Source: an uncultured Actinomycetes bacterium
Lineage (GTDB): Bacteria; Actinomycetota; UBA4738; HRBIN12
Assembly (NCBI GenBank): GCA_963704885.1
Contig: CAVPIB010000004.1
Location: forward strand, 64,001 to 128,000
DNA length: 64,000 nucleotides
Direction of reading: 5' to 3'
In this document: one piece after another, positions 12,219 to 22,134 of the stretch
How positions within the stretch are numbered: the stretch's first letter is position 1
How the letters are laid out: each line of letters opens with the position of its first letter
Notes under the pieces: generated by a model
The model's database searches: none
Seen by the model: only the letters and a program-made list of their open reading frames with translations
Told to the model about the DNA's origin: nothing
Program-made: the position numbers and the translations under genes

Positions 12219-13273
12219 GTGAGCAGCGCACGGGCAAGGCCACGGCGGAGCTGTTCGAGCAGGTGATCCTGCGCCGGCTGGGGGCCACGGATCCAGATGT
12301 CCTGGTCGGGCCCAAGCACGGATTGGACGTTGGGGTGGTGCGGGTCGCCGACGGTGTTGCGATGGCGGTCACCACCGACCCGGTGTTCGTGGTCCCGGCG
12401 TACGGCTGGGAGCGGGCGGCGTGGTTCGCGGTACACATCCTAGCGTCGGACGCGGCGACCAGCGGCCTGCCTCTTCGTTGGATGGCCGTCGACCTCAACC
12501 TGCCACCCGAGGTCACAGACGATGATCTCAGCGCGCTGTGGGACGCGTTCTCTCGCGCGTGCGACCAGCTGGGGATCGCGGTTGTGACCGGACACACGGG
12601 CCGCTACGACGGATGCGCCTGGCCAATGGTGGGCGGGGCGACCTGCATGGCCTTGGGGCCGGCCGACGCGTTCGTGACGCCGACCATGGCTCGACCCGGC
12701 GACCGGATCGTGGTAACCAAGGGTGCGGCGATCGAAGCGACAGCTCTCTTCGCGGCAACGTTCCCGGAGCGCCTCGCGGCGGGCGTGGGAGATGTGGTGG
12801 TGAAACAGGCCGACGCGCTGTTCGAGCAGATGACGGTCGTGCCCGAGGCGCGCGTGGCGGCGGCGTTCGGCCTGAGGGATGCCGGTATCACCTCGATGCA
12901 CGATGCCACCGAGGGTGGCGTGCTCGGCGGTCTGCTGGAGGTGGCCGTCGCATCGGCGACGGGCGTCCGTGTGCAGCTCTCGGCGATCCCCGTCCGCCCC
13001 GAGGTACGGGCCGTGTGCGATCACGTGGGGATCGATCCCTATACGTCGATCTCGGAAGGGACGTTGATCGCGACGGTCAGGCCGGAACGGGCCGACGACT
13101 ACGGCCGGGCGCTCGATGACGCGGGGATCGACGCGGCGATCGTCGGCGAGGTCACCGAGGCGTCGACGGGATACGTCCTGGTCGATGGTTCGCGCGAGCG
13201 TCCGCTCGAGCATCCCGGCCTGGATCCGTTCTGGGGCGCGTTCAGGGCGTGGGCGATGCAGGCCTCAACGTAG
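12215..13273 (+). CDS. AIR synthase-related (PurM/HypE/ThiL superfamily) protein of unknown function
   Basis: GK..ELFEQVI, VLVGP..GLD, TTDP, VVTGHT, ARPGD, MHDATEGG, SEGTL; start overlaps the thiE stop. Confidence 0.85.
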   Translation: MSEQRTGKATAELFEQVILRRLGATDPDVLVGPKHGLDVGVVRVADGVAMAVTTDPVFVVPAYGWERAAWFAVHILASDAATSGLPLRWMAVDLNLPPEVTDDDLSALWDAFSRACDQLGIAVVTGHTGRYDGCAWPMVGGATCMALGPADAFVTPTMARPGDRIVVTKGAAIEATALFAATFPERLAAGVGDVVVKQADALFEQMTVVPEARVAAAFGLRDAGITSMHDATEGGVLGGLLEVAVASATGVRVQLSAIPVRPEVRAVCDHVGIDPYTSISEGTLIATVRPERADDYGRALDDAGIDAAIVGEVTEASTGYVLVDGSRERPLEHPGLDPFWGAFRAWAMQAST

Positions 13274-13303
13274 GAGACGCGCATACCGATAGGCTCTGCG
13301 GCC

Positions 13304-14179
13304 GTGGACCTGATCACGGTGGGCGACGTCATGGTGGACGTGCACGTCGAGGCGCCCGCACTCGCGCGTGGCGGGGACGTGCACGGCCGCGTCCGCCTGC
13401 AACCGGCGGGAACGTCGGCCAACGCCGCGGTGTGGGCCGCATGGGACGGCGCGAGCGCTCGCGTGCTGGGCAGGGTCGGCGCGGACCTGGCGGGCCGGCT
13501 CCTCGAAGAGGCGCTCATCGAGCGAGGGGTGGAGCCCCGGCTCACGTTCGACGCGGACGCGCCCTCGGGCACCATGTTGGTCGTCGTCGAGGAGGGCGAA
13601 CGATCGATGGTGGCCGACCGCGGGGCCAACGCCCGCCTCAAGCCCGACGATCTTCCGGCCACGCTGGAGTGCGGTGCTGTCCTCGTCTCCGGCTACCTGT
13701 TGCTGCAGGACCCGACGACCCACGCTGCGGTCGAGGCGCTCGAACGCTCCCGGTCGGGGTTCGTCGCCGTCGAGGCTTCGTCGTGGCCGCTGCTCGAAGC
13801 GTTCGGGCCGGAGCGCTTCCTGAGGGCTTCTTCCGGCGCAGGAGCCGACACGATCCTGGCTAACAACGAAGAGGCTCAGGTCCTGAGCGGTCGCTCGGGG
13901 GAAGACCCGGCGCGCGCCTTGGGTGAGCGTTTCCGCGTCGCGTGCGTCAAGCTGGGCGCGGAGGGAGCGGTCATGTCCTTCGACGGAAGCATGGTCCGGG
14001 TGCCGGGTGAGCGGATCGTCGAGATCGACCCGACCGGGGCGGGCGACGCTTTCGACGGAGTGCTCCTGGCGGCGCTTGCGGGAGGCGCTGAACCCGAGGC
14101 GGCCCTGCAACGCGCGTGCCACGCCGGCGCGTTGGTCGCTGCGAGCGACGAGATATGGCCGGAAGTGGTGCCCCGATGA
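13304..14179 (+). CDS. PfkB-family carbohydrate kinase (probable pseudouridine kinase)
   Basis: VGDVMVD, GTSANAA, DRGAN, KLGAEGA, DPTGAGDAF; coupled to psuG. Confidence 0.85.
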   Translation: MDLITVGDVMVDVHVEAPALARGGDVHGRVRLQPAGTSANAAVWAAWDGASARVLGRVGADLAGRLLEEALIERGVEPRLTFDADAPSGTMLVVVEEGERSMVADRGANARLKPDDLPATLECGAVLVSGYLLLQDPTTHAAVEALERSRSGFVAVEASSWPLLEAFGPERFLRASSGAGADTILANNEEAQVLSGRSGEDPARALGERFRVACVKLGAEGAVMSFDGSMVRVPGERIVEIDPTGAGDAFDGVLLAALAGGAEPEAALQRACHAGALVAASDEIWPEVVPR

Positions 14180-15081
14180 CGGAGGCGTTCGCTGTGACCG
14201 ACGAGGTTCGGTCGGCTCTCGCCGATGGGCTGGGCGTGGTAGCCCTTGAGACCAGCGTGATCGGCCAGGGTCTGCCCGCGCCCAGGAACTGGGAGTGCGT
14301 AGAACGGATGAGCGCCGCGATCAGAGCGGCGGGAGCCGTGCCCGCATGGATCGGCGTGGCTGACGGCTCGGTGGTGGTCGGGTTGACCCCAGAGCAGCTC
14401 CGGCGCTTCGCCGAACCGGGCAGGGCCTCGAAGGTGGCGCGCCGCGACTACCCGATGGCCGTGGCGAGCGGCGATCTGGGAGCCACCACGGTCAGCGCCA
14501 CCATCTGGGCCTCGGCCAAGGCTGGCATCGCCGTCGCTGCGACGGGCGGCATAGGAGGCGTGCACCACGGTGATGACCCTGATGTGAGCGCGGATCTCCT
14601 GGAGCTGGCGAGAACGCCTGGGTTGTTGGTGTGCTCGGGTCCGAAGTCGATCATCGACCCGGTCGCAACGGCTGAGAAGCTCGAAGAGCTCGGTGTGGCG
14701 ATGGTCGGATACGGCGTGGACCGTCTGCCCTTCTTCCTGGCCCGTGAGGCACCCGTCGAGCTCGAGCATCGCGTGGACACTCCCGGCGAGGCTGCCTCGC
14801 TCGCACGCGCAGTGGGAGCCCTGGGTGGAGGGAGCACGGTCCTCTTGTGCAACCCGATCCCCGCGGAGCACGCCATGGACGCCGCGGAGGTTGCCGCCGC
14901 GGCCCACGATGCCGAGGCCCGCGCCGAGCGCGAAGGGGTCCACGGCAAGGCGCGCACCCCGTTCCTACTCGCCGCACTCACGACCCTCACCGATGGTCGG
15001 AGTCTCGAGGCCAACCTGGCGCTCTTGGAGGACAACGCTCGTCTGGCAGGGCTGGTCGCCGCGGGAACCGCTAGTTCCTAG
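14176..15081 (+). CDS. psuG: Pseudouridine-5'-phosphate glycosidase
   Basis: VVALETS, GLP.PRN, GATTVSAT, ATGGIGGVH, DVSADL, TPFLL, SLEANLAL. Confidence 0.93.
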   Translation: MTEAFAVTDEVRSALADGLGVVALETSVIGQGLPAPRNWECVERMSAAIRAAGAVPAWIGVADGSVVVGLTPEQLRRFAEPGRASKVARRDYPMAVASGDLGATTVSATIWASAKAGIAVAATGGIGGVHHGDDPDVSADLLELARTPGLLVCSGPKSIIDPVATAEKLEELGVAMVGYGVDRLPFFLAREAPVELEHRVDTPGEAASLARAVGALGGGSTVLLCNPIPAEHAMDAAEVAAAAHDAEARAEREGVHGKARTPFLLAALTTLTDGRSLEANLALLEDNARLAGLVAAGTASS

Positions 15082-16124
15082 CGCAGCCAGGTCTGGATGA
15101 TGACCTTAGAGAAGTTCCAGCCGTACTTGAGGGACTTCGGCTTCTTCGACTTCCCGCCCTTACGGGCGAGGATGGTGATGGGGACCTCCACGATCCTAGC
15201 CCGGTGGCGCAGAGCCTCGATCAGGATCTCGCTCGTCCAGAACTGATCCTGCTCGAGCACCAGGTCTTCGAGCAGATCTGCCCGTGCCGCTCGGTAGCCG
15301 CTGGAGATGTCGGTCACCCGCGTTCCCGTCAGCATGGTCACCACCCTCGAGAAGAAGTGAACGCCAAGGTGACGGATGGTGGATTCCTTCTCGAAATCGC
15401 CCAACAAGCGGGAGCCGTTCACGTAGTCGGCCTCGCCACGCAGGATGGGGCCGATCATCACCGGGAGCTCCTCGGGAAGATGCTGTCCGTCTGCGTCCAG
15501 CGTCACCACTATGTCGGCCCCCAGCTTCAGCGCCACTTCGTAGCCCACCCGTAGGGCCAGTCCTCCACCCCGCCTGATAGGGAGCTCCGCCACGAACGCG
15601 CCGGCTTGGCGCGCGGTGTCGGCGGTCCGATCCTCCGACCCATCGGACACCACCAATGGGACGACGTGGTAGCCCTCCACCATGGACGGGATGGACTTCA
15701 CCACAGCCCCCACGTTCTCGGCCTCGTTGTAGGCGGGGGACACGGTGATCAGCCGCGGGCCCTCGGGCAGCGTCTCCGCCCGGGCCCAGTCGAACCGCTC
15801 CTGTCCCAATGCCTCTACCAACAGGCGGATGCTCCGTTCGTTCACGTCCGCGATGGACTGAACGCGCAACAGGAGCGCGAAAAGCACGAGGACCGCCACC
15901 ATCAGGACGAAGATCAACCGGCGGTCGTTCCCGGGGCCGAAGTTGAAGCTGGTGAAGAGCGGGTTGAAGAGGGACGGCGCCAGCGACAGAAGGATGATGA
16001 CCGTCGCGATCGCGCAACTGCTGATCATGTTCAGCCGGCTGATCTGCCGGCGTCGGTATCGTCGGATCGACGCCACGAAGAACGCGAGCGCCGCGATGAC
16101 TCCCAGGATCCGGAGCGCGGGCAT
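15078..16124 (-). CDS. DUF2304 membrane domain fused to a DPM1-like GT2 glycosyltransferase
   Basis: Three N-terminal TM helices; PAYNE, DGSEDRT, DADGQH, GSR, DISSGYRA, EVPI. Confidence 0.85.
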   Translation of the reverse strand: MPALRILGVIAALAFFVASIRRYRRRQISRLNMISSCAIATVIILLSLAPSLFNPLFTSFNFGPGNDRRLIFVLMVAVLVLFALLLRVQSIADVNERSIRLLVEALGQERFDWARAETLPEGPRLITVSPAYNEAENVGAVVKSIPSMVEGYHVVPLVVSDGSEDRTADTARQAGAFVAELPIRRGGGLALRVGYEVALKLGADIVVTLDADGQHLPEELPVMIGPILRGEADYVNGSRLLGDFEKESTIRHLGVHFFSRVVTMLTGTRVTDISSGYRAARADLLEDLVLEQDQFWTSEILIEALRHRARIVEVPITILARKGGKSKKPKSLKYGWNFSKVIIQTWLR

Positions 16125-16130
16125 CGGCGG

Positions 16131-17306
16131 CTACGCGCTGGGAGCGGCCACGCCCGGCCGCCACCGGTCCTGCGGCAAGATGTGATCCACGATCACCCGA
16201 TCACGGTAACGCGTGATCGTCGAGAACATCGACTCGATCAGCGTCTCGCTCAACAGATGTGGCTTGAGGCCCAGGTCCAGGAGCTTCGTGTGGGTCGCGT
16301 TGTAGTAGTGCTCCTCGGCCTCCACCCGGGGGTTGTCGATCGGATCGACCACGACATCGATCCCGACCTCGGCGCCGGCCTTCTGCACGTGCTCGGCGAG
16401 CTGCAGCACCGAGAATTGCTCGGTGAACTGGTTGAAGACGCGGTACTCGCCAGCCTCCGCGGGATGGGTGACGGCCAGCTCCACACACCGCAGCGTGTCG
16501 ACGATGTTCAGGTAGCCGCGGGTCTGACCACCCTTGCCGTAGACCGTGAGCGGGTGGCCGATCACGGCCTGTACGCAGAATCGGTTGAGCGCCGTTCCGA
16601 AAACGTCGTCGTAGTCGAAGCGCGTCATCAGGCGATCGTCCAGCGCGGTTTCCTCGGTCTCTATGCCGTAGACCACGCCCTGGTTGAGGTCGGTCGCACG
16701 CAGACCACGGACGCGACAGGCGAAGTGGATGTTGTGGGAATCGTGGACCTTGGACAGGTGGTAGTAGCTACCGGGGAGCTTCGGGAAGGGCAGGTAGTCA
16801 GATCGCCCGTTGTGTTCGATCTGGATGAAGCCTTCCTCGATGTCGATGTTGGGCGTGCCGTACTCGCCCATGGTGCCCAGCTTGACGAGATGGCATCCGG
16901 GGACGAAGCGTTCGATGGCGAAAAGCACGTTCAGAGTGTTGACCACGTTGTTCGTCTGGGTGAAGACCGCGTGCTCCCGATCCTTCATGGAGTAAGGGGC
17001 GGACGGCATCTCCCCGTAGTGCACGACCGCATCGGGCTGGAACTCGCGGAAGACCCGCTCAGTGACGGCCCAGTCACACAGGTCACCCTCGGTGTATCCG
17101 ATCTCGTGACCCGTGACCTGGTGCCATGCGGCGACCCGCTCGGGCAGACCGGGAAGGATGGGCAAGAGCGAATCCGTTCCCGCCTCCGCGTGGGCGCGCC
17201 GGCGGAGGTAGTCGTCGACCACGTGCACCTCGTGTCCACGGTTGGAGAACCTCATCGCGGTAGGCCACCCGAGGTAACCGTCGCCGCCCAGGATCAGGAT
17301 GCGCAT
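16131..17306 (-). CDS. sqdB: UDP-sulfoquinovose synthase
   Basis: GGDGYLGWPT, SAPYSM, HLVKLGTMGEYGTPNIDIEEG, YHLSKVHDS, TDLNQGVVYG, FNQFTE. Confidence 0.96.
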   Translation of the reverse strand: MRILILGGDGYLGWPTAMRFSNRGHEVHVVDDYLRRRAHAEAGTDSLLPILPGLPERVAAWHQVTGHEIGYTEGDLCDWAVTERVFREFQPDAVVHYGEMPSAPYSMKDREHAVFTQTNNVVNTLNVLFAIERFVPGCHLVKLGTMGEYGTPNIDIEEGFIQIEHNGRSDYLPFPKLPGSYYHLSKVHDSHNIHFACRVRGLRATDLNQGVVYGIETEETALDDRLMTRFDYDDVFGTALNRFCVQAVIGHPLTVYGKGGQTRGYLNIVDTLRCVELAVTHPAEAGEYRVFNQFTEQFSVLQLAEHVQKAGAEVGIDVVVDPIDNPRVEAEEHYYNATHTKLLDLGLKPHLLSETLIESMFSTITRYRDRVIVDHILPQDRWRPGVAAPSA

Positions 17307-17357
17307 GACATGCCTTTCAGAGCTCGTGGGAGTCGGTGGGATTGTACCGAGGAGGGC

Positions 17358-19421
17358 TCAGGACGCGCCCAGCGGTTCCAGCTGAGCCCGCAGAGCCTCC
17401 GCCTCCGTCACCGGGAGCCGGCAGACGAACCCCTCGCACACGTAGGCGGTCGCCGCTCCGTCGCGGGCCTCGCGGTCCCGCAGCAACGGGATGATCTGCT
17501 GTGCGTGCTCGTCACCAGGATGGCCGACGGCAAGCACCACGTTCGGACGGAAGACGCGCCCGGTGACCTCCTGGACCAGCGTTCGCGTGTCCGGGGAGGC
17601 GAGATCGCCCACTATCGCCACCTCCCGAGCCGGGCCGACATATAGGTCGAGCGCCGACAGCGCATGGCCGAATCCGGTCGGTGCGCCGGCCATCGCGTCG
17701 CGGACCAGCCGCAGCGCGGAGAGTCCCGCGGTCTCGTAGCCCGCGTCCCCCGTCAGGAGCGCCAGGCGGAGCAAGACCTCGGCGGCCACCGAGTTGCCCG
17801 ATGGAACGGCGTTGTCGTACAGCTCCTTCGGACGCAGGACCAGCCGCTCGGCGTCGGATGCCGTCTGGAAGAAACCACCTCGTTCATCGTCGCGGAACGA
17901 TCGGAGTAGGTCATCGGCCAACACCCGCGCCTGCTCGAACCACCGGAGCTCGAACGTCGTCTCGTACAACGTTAGACACGCCGACGCCATCAAGGCGTGG
18001 TCGTCGGCGAAGCCCGGCCTGCCCGCCACGCCGTTACGCCACGAGCGCAGCAGCCGGCCTTGGTCGTCCCGGAGGTGGGTTAGCACGAAGTCGGCGCATC
18101 GTTCGGCTGCGCTCACGAAGGCGGGTTCGCCGAACGCCCGCCCCGCTTCGGCGAACGCACCGATCGCCATCGCGTTCCATGCCGTTAGCGCTTTGTCGTC
18201 CGTCGCCGGTCGGACTCGCCCCTCGCGTATCTCGAAGAGCGTCGCGAGAGCGTCGGCGACCTCCTCGACCAGCTCATCGGGATCGAGCCCTTCAGCCGCG
18301 GCGACCTGAGCGATCGGTGCCGGCCGCCACAGGACATTCGTCCCTTCCCAGTTGCCCTCGGGCTTGGCGCCCAAGGCATGGGCGACGGGTTCGCCGACGA
18401 GTGGGGTCAGCTCCTCCCAGGTCCAGGTGAAGAACTTGCCCTCGACCCCTTCGCTATCGGCGTCTTGGGAGGACCAGAAGGCTCCCTCTGGGTGCTGCAT
18501 CTCGCGGAGGAGGTACTCGAAGGTCTGGGTCGCCACGCGCCGGTACCGGTCATCGTGCGTCACCTGCCAGGCGCGCGTGTAGAGACGTGCCAGCTGCGCG
18601 TTGTCGTAGAGCATCTTCTCGAAGTGCGGGACATGCCAGGTCTCGTCGGTCGCGTACCGCGCGAAACCGCCTCCCACGTGGTCGTAGATGCCTCCGTCGG
18701 CCATCCGATCGAGCGAGGTCGTGACGATCTCCATCGCGGGGGCCCAGTCGCGTAGGGCGCAGCGAAGCACGAACTCCAGGGTCATAGGTTGCGGAAACTT
18801 GGGGGCGCCACCGAAGCCGCCCCACCGGCTGTCGAACGCCTGATGCAGCCGAGCGAACGCCCCGCGGGTGACCGAATCATCCAGCGGCTCGTGCGACGGC
18901 GCGAGCTGTCCCACCTTCCCGATATGCGCCGAGATCTGGGCCCCGTGCTCCACGACCTCCTCTCGCCGTTCCTGCCATGCCTCGGCGATGCCTCCGAGCA
19001 CCTGGCGGAACGACGGGAGCCCGTGTCGAGGAACCGGTGGGAAGTACGTTCCGGCGAAGAAGGGCTCGCCCGTCGGCGTCAGGAAGGCCGTCAGCGGCCA
19101 CCCACCGCTCCCGCTCAAGGCCTGCGCCGCGTCCATGTATATGGCGTCCAGGTCCGGTCGCTCCTCGCGATCCACCTTGATCGAGACGAAGTGCTCGTTC
19201 ATCAGCGCTGCCGTCCGTTCGTCTTCGAATGACTCGCGTTCCATGACGTGGCACCAGTGACAGGCTGCGTAGCCGATCGACAGCAGGATCGGCCGATCTT
19301 CGCTCCTCGCCCGCTCCAGTGCCTCCGGGCCCCAGGGGTACCAGTCCACCGGATTGTGTGCGTGCTGCAGCAGGTAGGGGCTGGTCTCGTCCGCCAACCG
19401 ATTCGCCCGCCTGGTGGTCAT
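17358..19421 (-). CDS. YyaL/SPATA20-family thioredoxin-domain protein (DUF255)
   Basis: [45 protein letters not shown]. Confidence 0.95.
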   Translation of the reverse strand: MTTRRANRLADETSPYLLQHAHNPVDWYPWGPEALERARSEDRPILLSIGYAACHWCHVMERESFEDERTAALMNEHFVSIKVDREERPDLDAIYMDAAQALSGSGGWPLTAFLTPTGEPFFAGTYFPPVPRHGLPSFRQVLGGIAEAWQERREEVVEHGAQISAHIGKVGQLAPSHEPLDDSVTRGAFARLHQAFDSRWGGFGGAPKFPQPMTLEFVLRCALRDWAPAMEIVTTSLDRMADGGIYDHVGGGFARYATDETWHVPHFEKMLYDNAQLARLYTRAWQVTHDDRYRRVATQTFEYLLREMQHPEGAFWSSQDADSEGVEGKFFTWTWEELTPLVGEPVAHALGAKPEGNWEGTNVLWRPAPIAQVAAAEGLDPDELVEEVADALATLFEIREGRVRPATDDKALTAWNAMAIGAFAEAGRAFGEPAFVSAAERCADFVLTHLRDDQGRLLRSWRNGVAGRPGFADDHALMASACLTLYETTFELRWFEQARVLADDLLRSFRDDERGGFFQTASDAERLVLRPKELYDNAVPSGNSVAAEVLLRLALLTGDAGYETAGLSALRLVRDAMAGAPTGFGHALSALDLYVGPAREVAIVGDLASPDTRTLVQEVTGRVFRPNVVLAVGHPGDEHAQQIIPLLRDREARDGAATAYVCEGFVCRLPVTEAEALRAQLEPLGAS

Positions 19422-19446
19422 GGCGACAGTGTCTCGCGAACGCTCT

Positions 19447-19474
19447 TCAGGCGGGGCGGGGTCCGTGCCGATGC
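19447..19474 (+). promoter_or_regulatory. Putative sigma28/WhiG-type promoter
   Basis: TCAGG-N15-GCCGATGC, 15 nt before the ATG at 19490. Confidence 0.55.
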
Positions 19475-19489
19475 AGTCACAGAGAGAAG

Positions 19490-20152
19490 ATGACAGAAGA
19501 TATCCGCGTGCTCGTCGTGGACGAGAGCCCCGGCCGAACGGAGGGGCTGATCGGCTGCATGCCGGGGGACGGTGTGCAGCTCCTGGGCAGTGTGTCGGAT
19601 GCCGGCGCGGCCCTTCGGATCCTGGATGCCGACCCGATCAACCTGATCCTCGTCGACCTGGATCGATCGGGCGGGGACGGGATCGAGACCGTCCGGATCA
19701 TCCGCGAAGGAGCGGAACGGACGCGGGTCCTCGGCATCACGCAGGAGCACGGTCCCGATCTGGCTGCCGGCGCGCTGGCTGCCGGAGCGTGCGGCGTCGT
19801 TTCGCCGGAACCAGACGGCGAGAGCATGTCATCGGCGTTCCGTCGCGCGATGGCGGGTGAGCTGGTCCTGCCGGCGGTTCACCTCTCGAGCCTGGTCGAC
19901 CGGCTCCGTGGGAACAAGGCAGCGGCGGCCGCCAGCCGGCTGGACTTCCTCACCGGCCGCGAGAGCGAGATCCTCCGGGCCCTGGCCGACGGGAACTCCA
20001 CCCTGGAGATCGCTCGTTCACTAGGGATCCGACCCATGACGGTCCAGAGCCATGTGAAGAACATCCTGGCGAAGCTCGGGGTGCATTCGAAGGTCGAGGC
20101 GGTCACGCTGGCGTGGCGCCTGGGGCTCGGGTCCGCCACGCGCAGCGCATGA
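19490..20152 (+). CDS. NarL/LuxR-family response regulator, atypical (conserved Lys absent)
   Basis: IRVLVVDE receiver; LTGRESEIL...[18 protein letters not shown]. Confidence 0.9.
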   Translation: MTEDIRVLVVDESPGRTEGLIGCMPGDGVQLLGSVSDAGAALRILDADPINLILVDLDRSGGDGIETVRIIREGAERTRVLGITQEHGPDLAAGALAAGACGVVSPEPDGESMSSAFRRAMAGELVLPAVHLSSLVDRLRGNKAAAAASRLDFLTGRESEILRALADGNSTLEIARSLGIRPMTVQSHVKNILAKLGVHSKVEAVTLAWRLGLGSATRSA

Positions 20153-20176
20153 GCCCGCGGGGGTAGCCTTCCCGGG

Positions 20177-20848
20177 ATGATCGAAGAGGGGTCGGCCCGG
20201 GCAGCCAGGCTGGTCGTGGCCGACGCCCATCCGATCGTCCGCCGTGCCGTACGGATGTCCTGCGAGTCGACGCCCGGGTTGGAGGTCGTCGGCGAGGCTG
20301 ATTCGGTGCCCGAACTGCTCGCCGTTTGCGAGGAGCGGCGCCCGGATGTCGCGATCGTGGATATCGCGCTCCCCGACGGGTTCGAAGGGATCCGGGGGTT
20401 GACCGAGCACAAGCTGGCCGGGGCCATCGTCGTCCTGACGGATCGAGTCGAGGGGTCGGCCGTGATCGGGGCGTTGAGGCTCGGTGTGGAGGGATACCTC
20501 GTGAAGGCGTCTGCCCTCGCCACCGTAGGACCGCAGATCCGTCGGGTTCTGGCCGGCGAGCGCGTGATCTCGCCCGAGGTCGAGCAGATCGCCGTGGCCG
20601 AGCTGGGGCGGTTCGCCCGATCGGCTCGCGAGGGCAGCGAGGTTCGCGCGTCCCTCACTCCAAGGGAGTACGAGATCCTGCTGCTGGCCAGCCGAGGGCT
20701 CACCATGCGCCAGATGGCGACGAGGCTGGGCATCTCGCCTCGCACCGTGGAAACGCACATGGCCAAGCTCTATCGCAAGCTGGAGGTCCGCACTCGCGTG
20801 CAGGCCGTGTCCCGGGCCGTCTCGTTGGGCCTCATCGAGCTTCGCTGA
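20177..20848 (+). CDS. NarL/LuxR-family response regulator
   Basis: DVAIVDI, VLT, GYLVK; LTPREYEIL...TVETHMAKLYRKL HTH; TAGCCT -10 7 nt before the ATG. Confidence 0.92.
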   Translation: MIEEGSARAARLVVADAHPIVRRAVRMSCESTPGLEVVGEADSVPELLAVCEERRPDVAIVDIALPDGFEGIRGLTEHKLAGAIVVLTDRVEGSAVIGALRLGVEGYLVKASALATVGPQIRRVLAGERVISPEVEQIAVAELGRFARSAREGSEVRASLTPREYEILLLASRGLTMRQMATRLGISPRTVETHMAKLYRKLEVRTRVQAVSRAVSLGLIELR

Positions 20849-20870
20849 TCGGTTAACCGAGGGCGCCCGC

Positions 20871-20898
20871 TCAGTCCCGGAGGCTCATCGGCCGATAG
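20871..20898 (+). promoter_or_regulatory. Putative sigma28/WhiG-type promoter (leaderless)
   Basis: TCAGT-N15-GCCGATAG, exactly 7 nt before the ATG at 20906. Confidence 0.65.
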
Positions 20899-20905
20899 TG
20901 GAGGC

Positions 20906-21616
20906 ATGAGCAAACGTCCCGTCAACGGGTCGGCATCCACGCCTGCCCAACGTCGACGCCTAGGGGTGATCGTCGTGGACCCGCTGCCGGTCGTTCGGGC
21001 GGGTTTGGGTCTGCTTATCGACGACCGCCCCGACATGGAGGTCCTGGCGGAAGCCGGTACAGCGGACGAGGGGATCGAGGCGATCCAACGTGTTCGCCGA
21101 AGCATGGTCGTCGTCCTGGTCGGGCTGGGCCTCTCCGGTGACCACGACGCGTATTGGCTGATCCGAACGCTCCGCCAGCGTTACCCAACGCACGCGATCC
21201 TGGGATGCGGGGCGAACGCGGATCCCACGGCGATCAGCCGGGCGCTCTTCGTCGGGGCAGACGGCTTCGTGGACAAGAACATCGATCCGGTCGACTTCCT
21301 TCAGGCTCTGAGGAAGGCGGCCACCCGCGAGATGGTGCTGGCGACGCCGACGTCGTCGGTGGTGGGCCAGATCGTAGAAGGTATCGATCGCAGGCGCGAG
21401 GTCGAGGTGAAGCTCACCGATCGCGAACGCGAGGTCTTGGTGGTAGCCGCTGAGGGGCTCACGGCCCGCCAGATGGCCACCCGCCTCGGCGTGCGGGAAC
21501 GCACCATCACGACTCACCTCGCCCGTATCTACGGCAAGCTGGGCGTCGGCAGTCGGTTGGCGGCGATCCGGATGGCCGCCCAGTCCGGCCTCGTGAGCGT
21601 CGGCGCCCCCGAGTAG
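20906..21616 (+). CDS. NarL/LuxR-family response regulator, atypical (phosphoacceptor Asp replaced by Gly)
   Basis: VIVVDPLP, VVLVGLGL, GFVDK; LTDREREVL...TITTHLARIYGKL HTH. Confidence 0.9.
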   Translation: MSKRPVNGSASTPAQRRRLGVIVVDPLPVVRAGLGLLIDDRPDMEVLAEAGTADEGIEAIQRVRRSMVVVLVGLGLSGDHDAYWLIRTLRQRYPTHAILGCGANADPTAISRALFVGADGFVDKNIDPVDFLQALRKAATREMVLATPTSSVVGQIVEGIDRRREVEVKLTDREREVLVVAAEGLTARQMATRLGVRERTITTHLARIYGKLGVGSRLAAIRMAAQSGLVSVGAPE

Positions 21617-21629
21617 CAGCTCAGGGGTC

Positions 21630-21651
21630 GTGCGTACGTAGAAGTACGCAC
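21630..21651. promoter_or_regulatory. Palindromic operator candidate upstream of flp
   Basis: GTGCGTAC-N6-GTACGCAC, about 45 nt upstream of the TACGGT -10-like hexamer (21697-21702). Confidence 0.55.
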
Positions 21652-21765
21652 ACATCCTGCGGGAAACGCGGAATTCCCCCTGTGAGGGACTCCTCCTACG
21701 GTTGTGCATGGCGGCGAGGACGTCGCCCGGGTTCTCGCCCGCTGGTCCTTCGAGAGGAGGTGTAC

Positions 21766-21966
21766 ATGTTCCTTCGTCTCTACACCGGCACACAGGTTTG
21801 GTGGAACGATCTCAAGACTCGCGCAAGCGAGGAGGGTGGGGCCACCGCCGTGGAGTACGCGCTGATGGTCGCCCTGATCGCGGCCGTCATCATCGTTGCG
21901 GTGACCACGCTCGGCGAAAACGCCGAAGAGAAGTTCGTTGAGGTTGGTACCGCGGTCGGCACGTAG
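21766..21966 (+). CDS. flp: Flp family type IVb pilin
   Basis: G/ATAVEYALMVALIA prepilin motif; GAGGAGG SD. Confidence 0.95.
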   Translation: MFLRLYTGTQVWWNDLKTRASEEGGATAVEYALMVALIAAVIIVAVTTLGENAEEKFVEVGTAVGT

Positions 21967-21995
21967 CCGATCCTCTCCATAAGAACGAGCGGCCC

Positions 21996-22040
21996 TCGCC
22001 GGCCGCTCACTCCCGAGGCGGGGGAGTGAGGGGCCGGCGA
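21996..22040 (+). terminator. Long GC-rich hairpin after flp (terminator or mRNA stabiliser)
   Basis: TCGCCGGCC-G-CTCACTCCC pairs with GGGAGTGAG-G-GGCCGGCGA. Confidence 0.65.
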
Positions 22041-22107
22041 ACCCGTCTGGTGGAACACGCGACCGAGGGTTCACCCATCCGCCCGCAGGATCTCAAGACA
22101 CGAGGGG

Positions 22108-22134
22108 TCCAGAACACGGCTGCGGCGCCGATAA
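22108..22134 (+). promoter_or_regulatory. Putative sigma28/WhiG-type promoter for cpaB-tad genes
   Basis: TCCAG-N14-GCCGATAA (perfect sigma28 -10). Confidence 0.65.

Noticed and set aside
15606-17645. 679-aa plus-strand ORF, and similar long ORFs at 50028-51569, 60087-61835 and 60106-61794
   Set aside because: Antisense or off-frame shadows of well-supported genes; expected in high-GC DNA; no recognisable motifs
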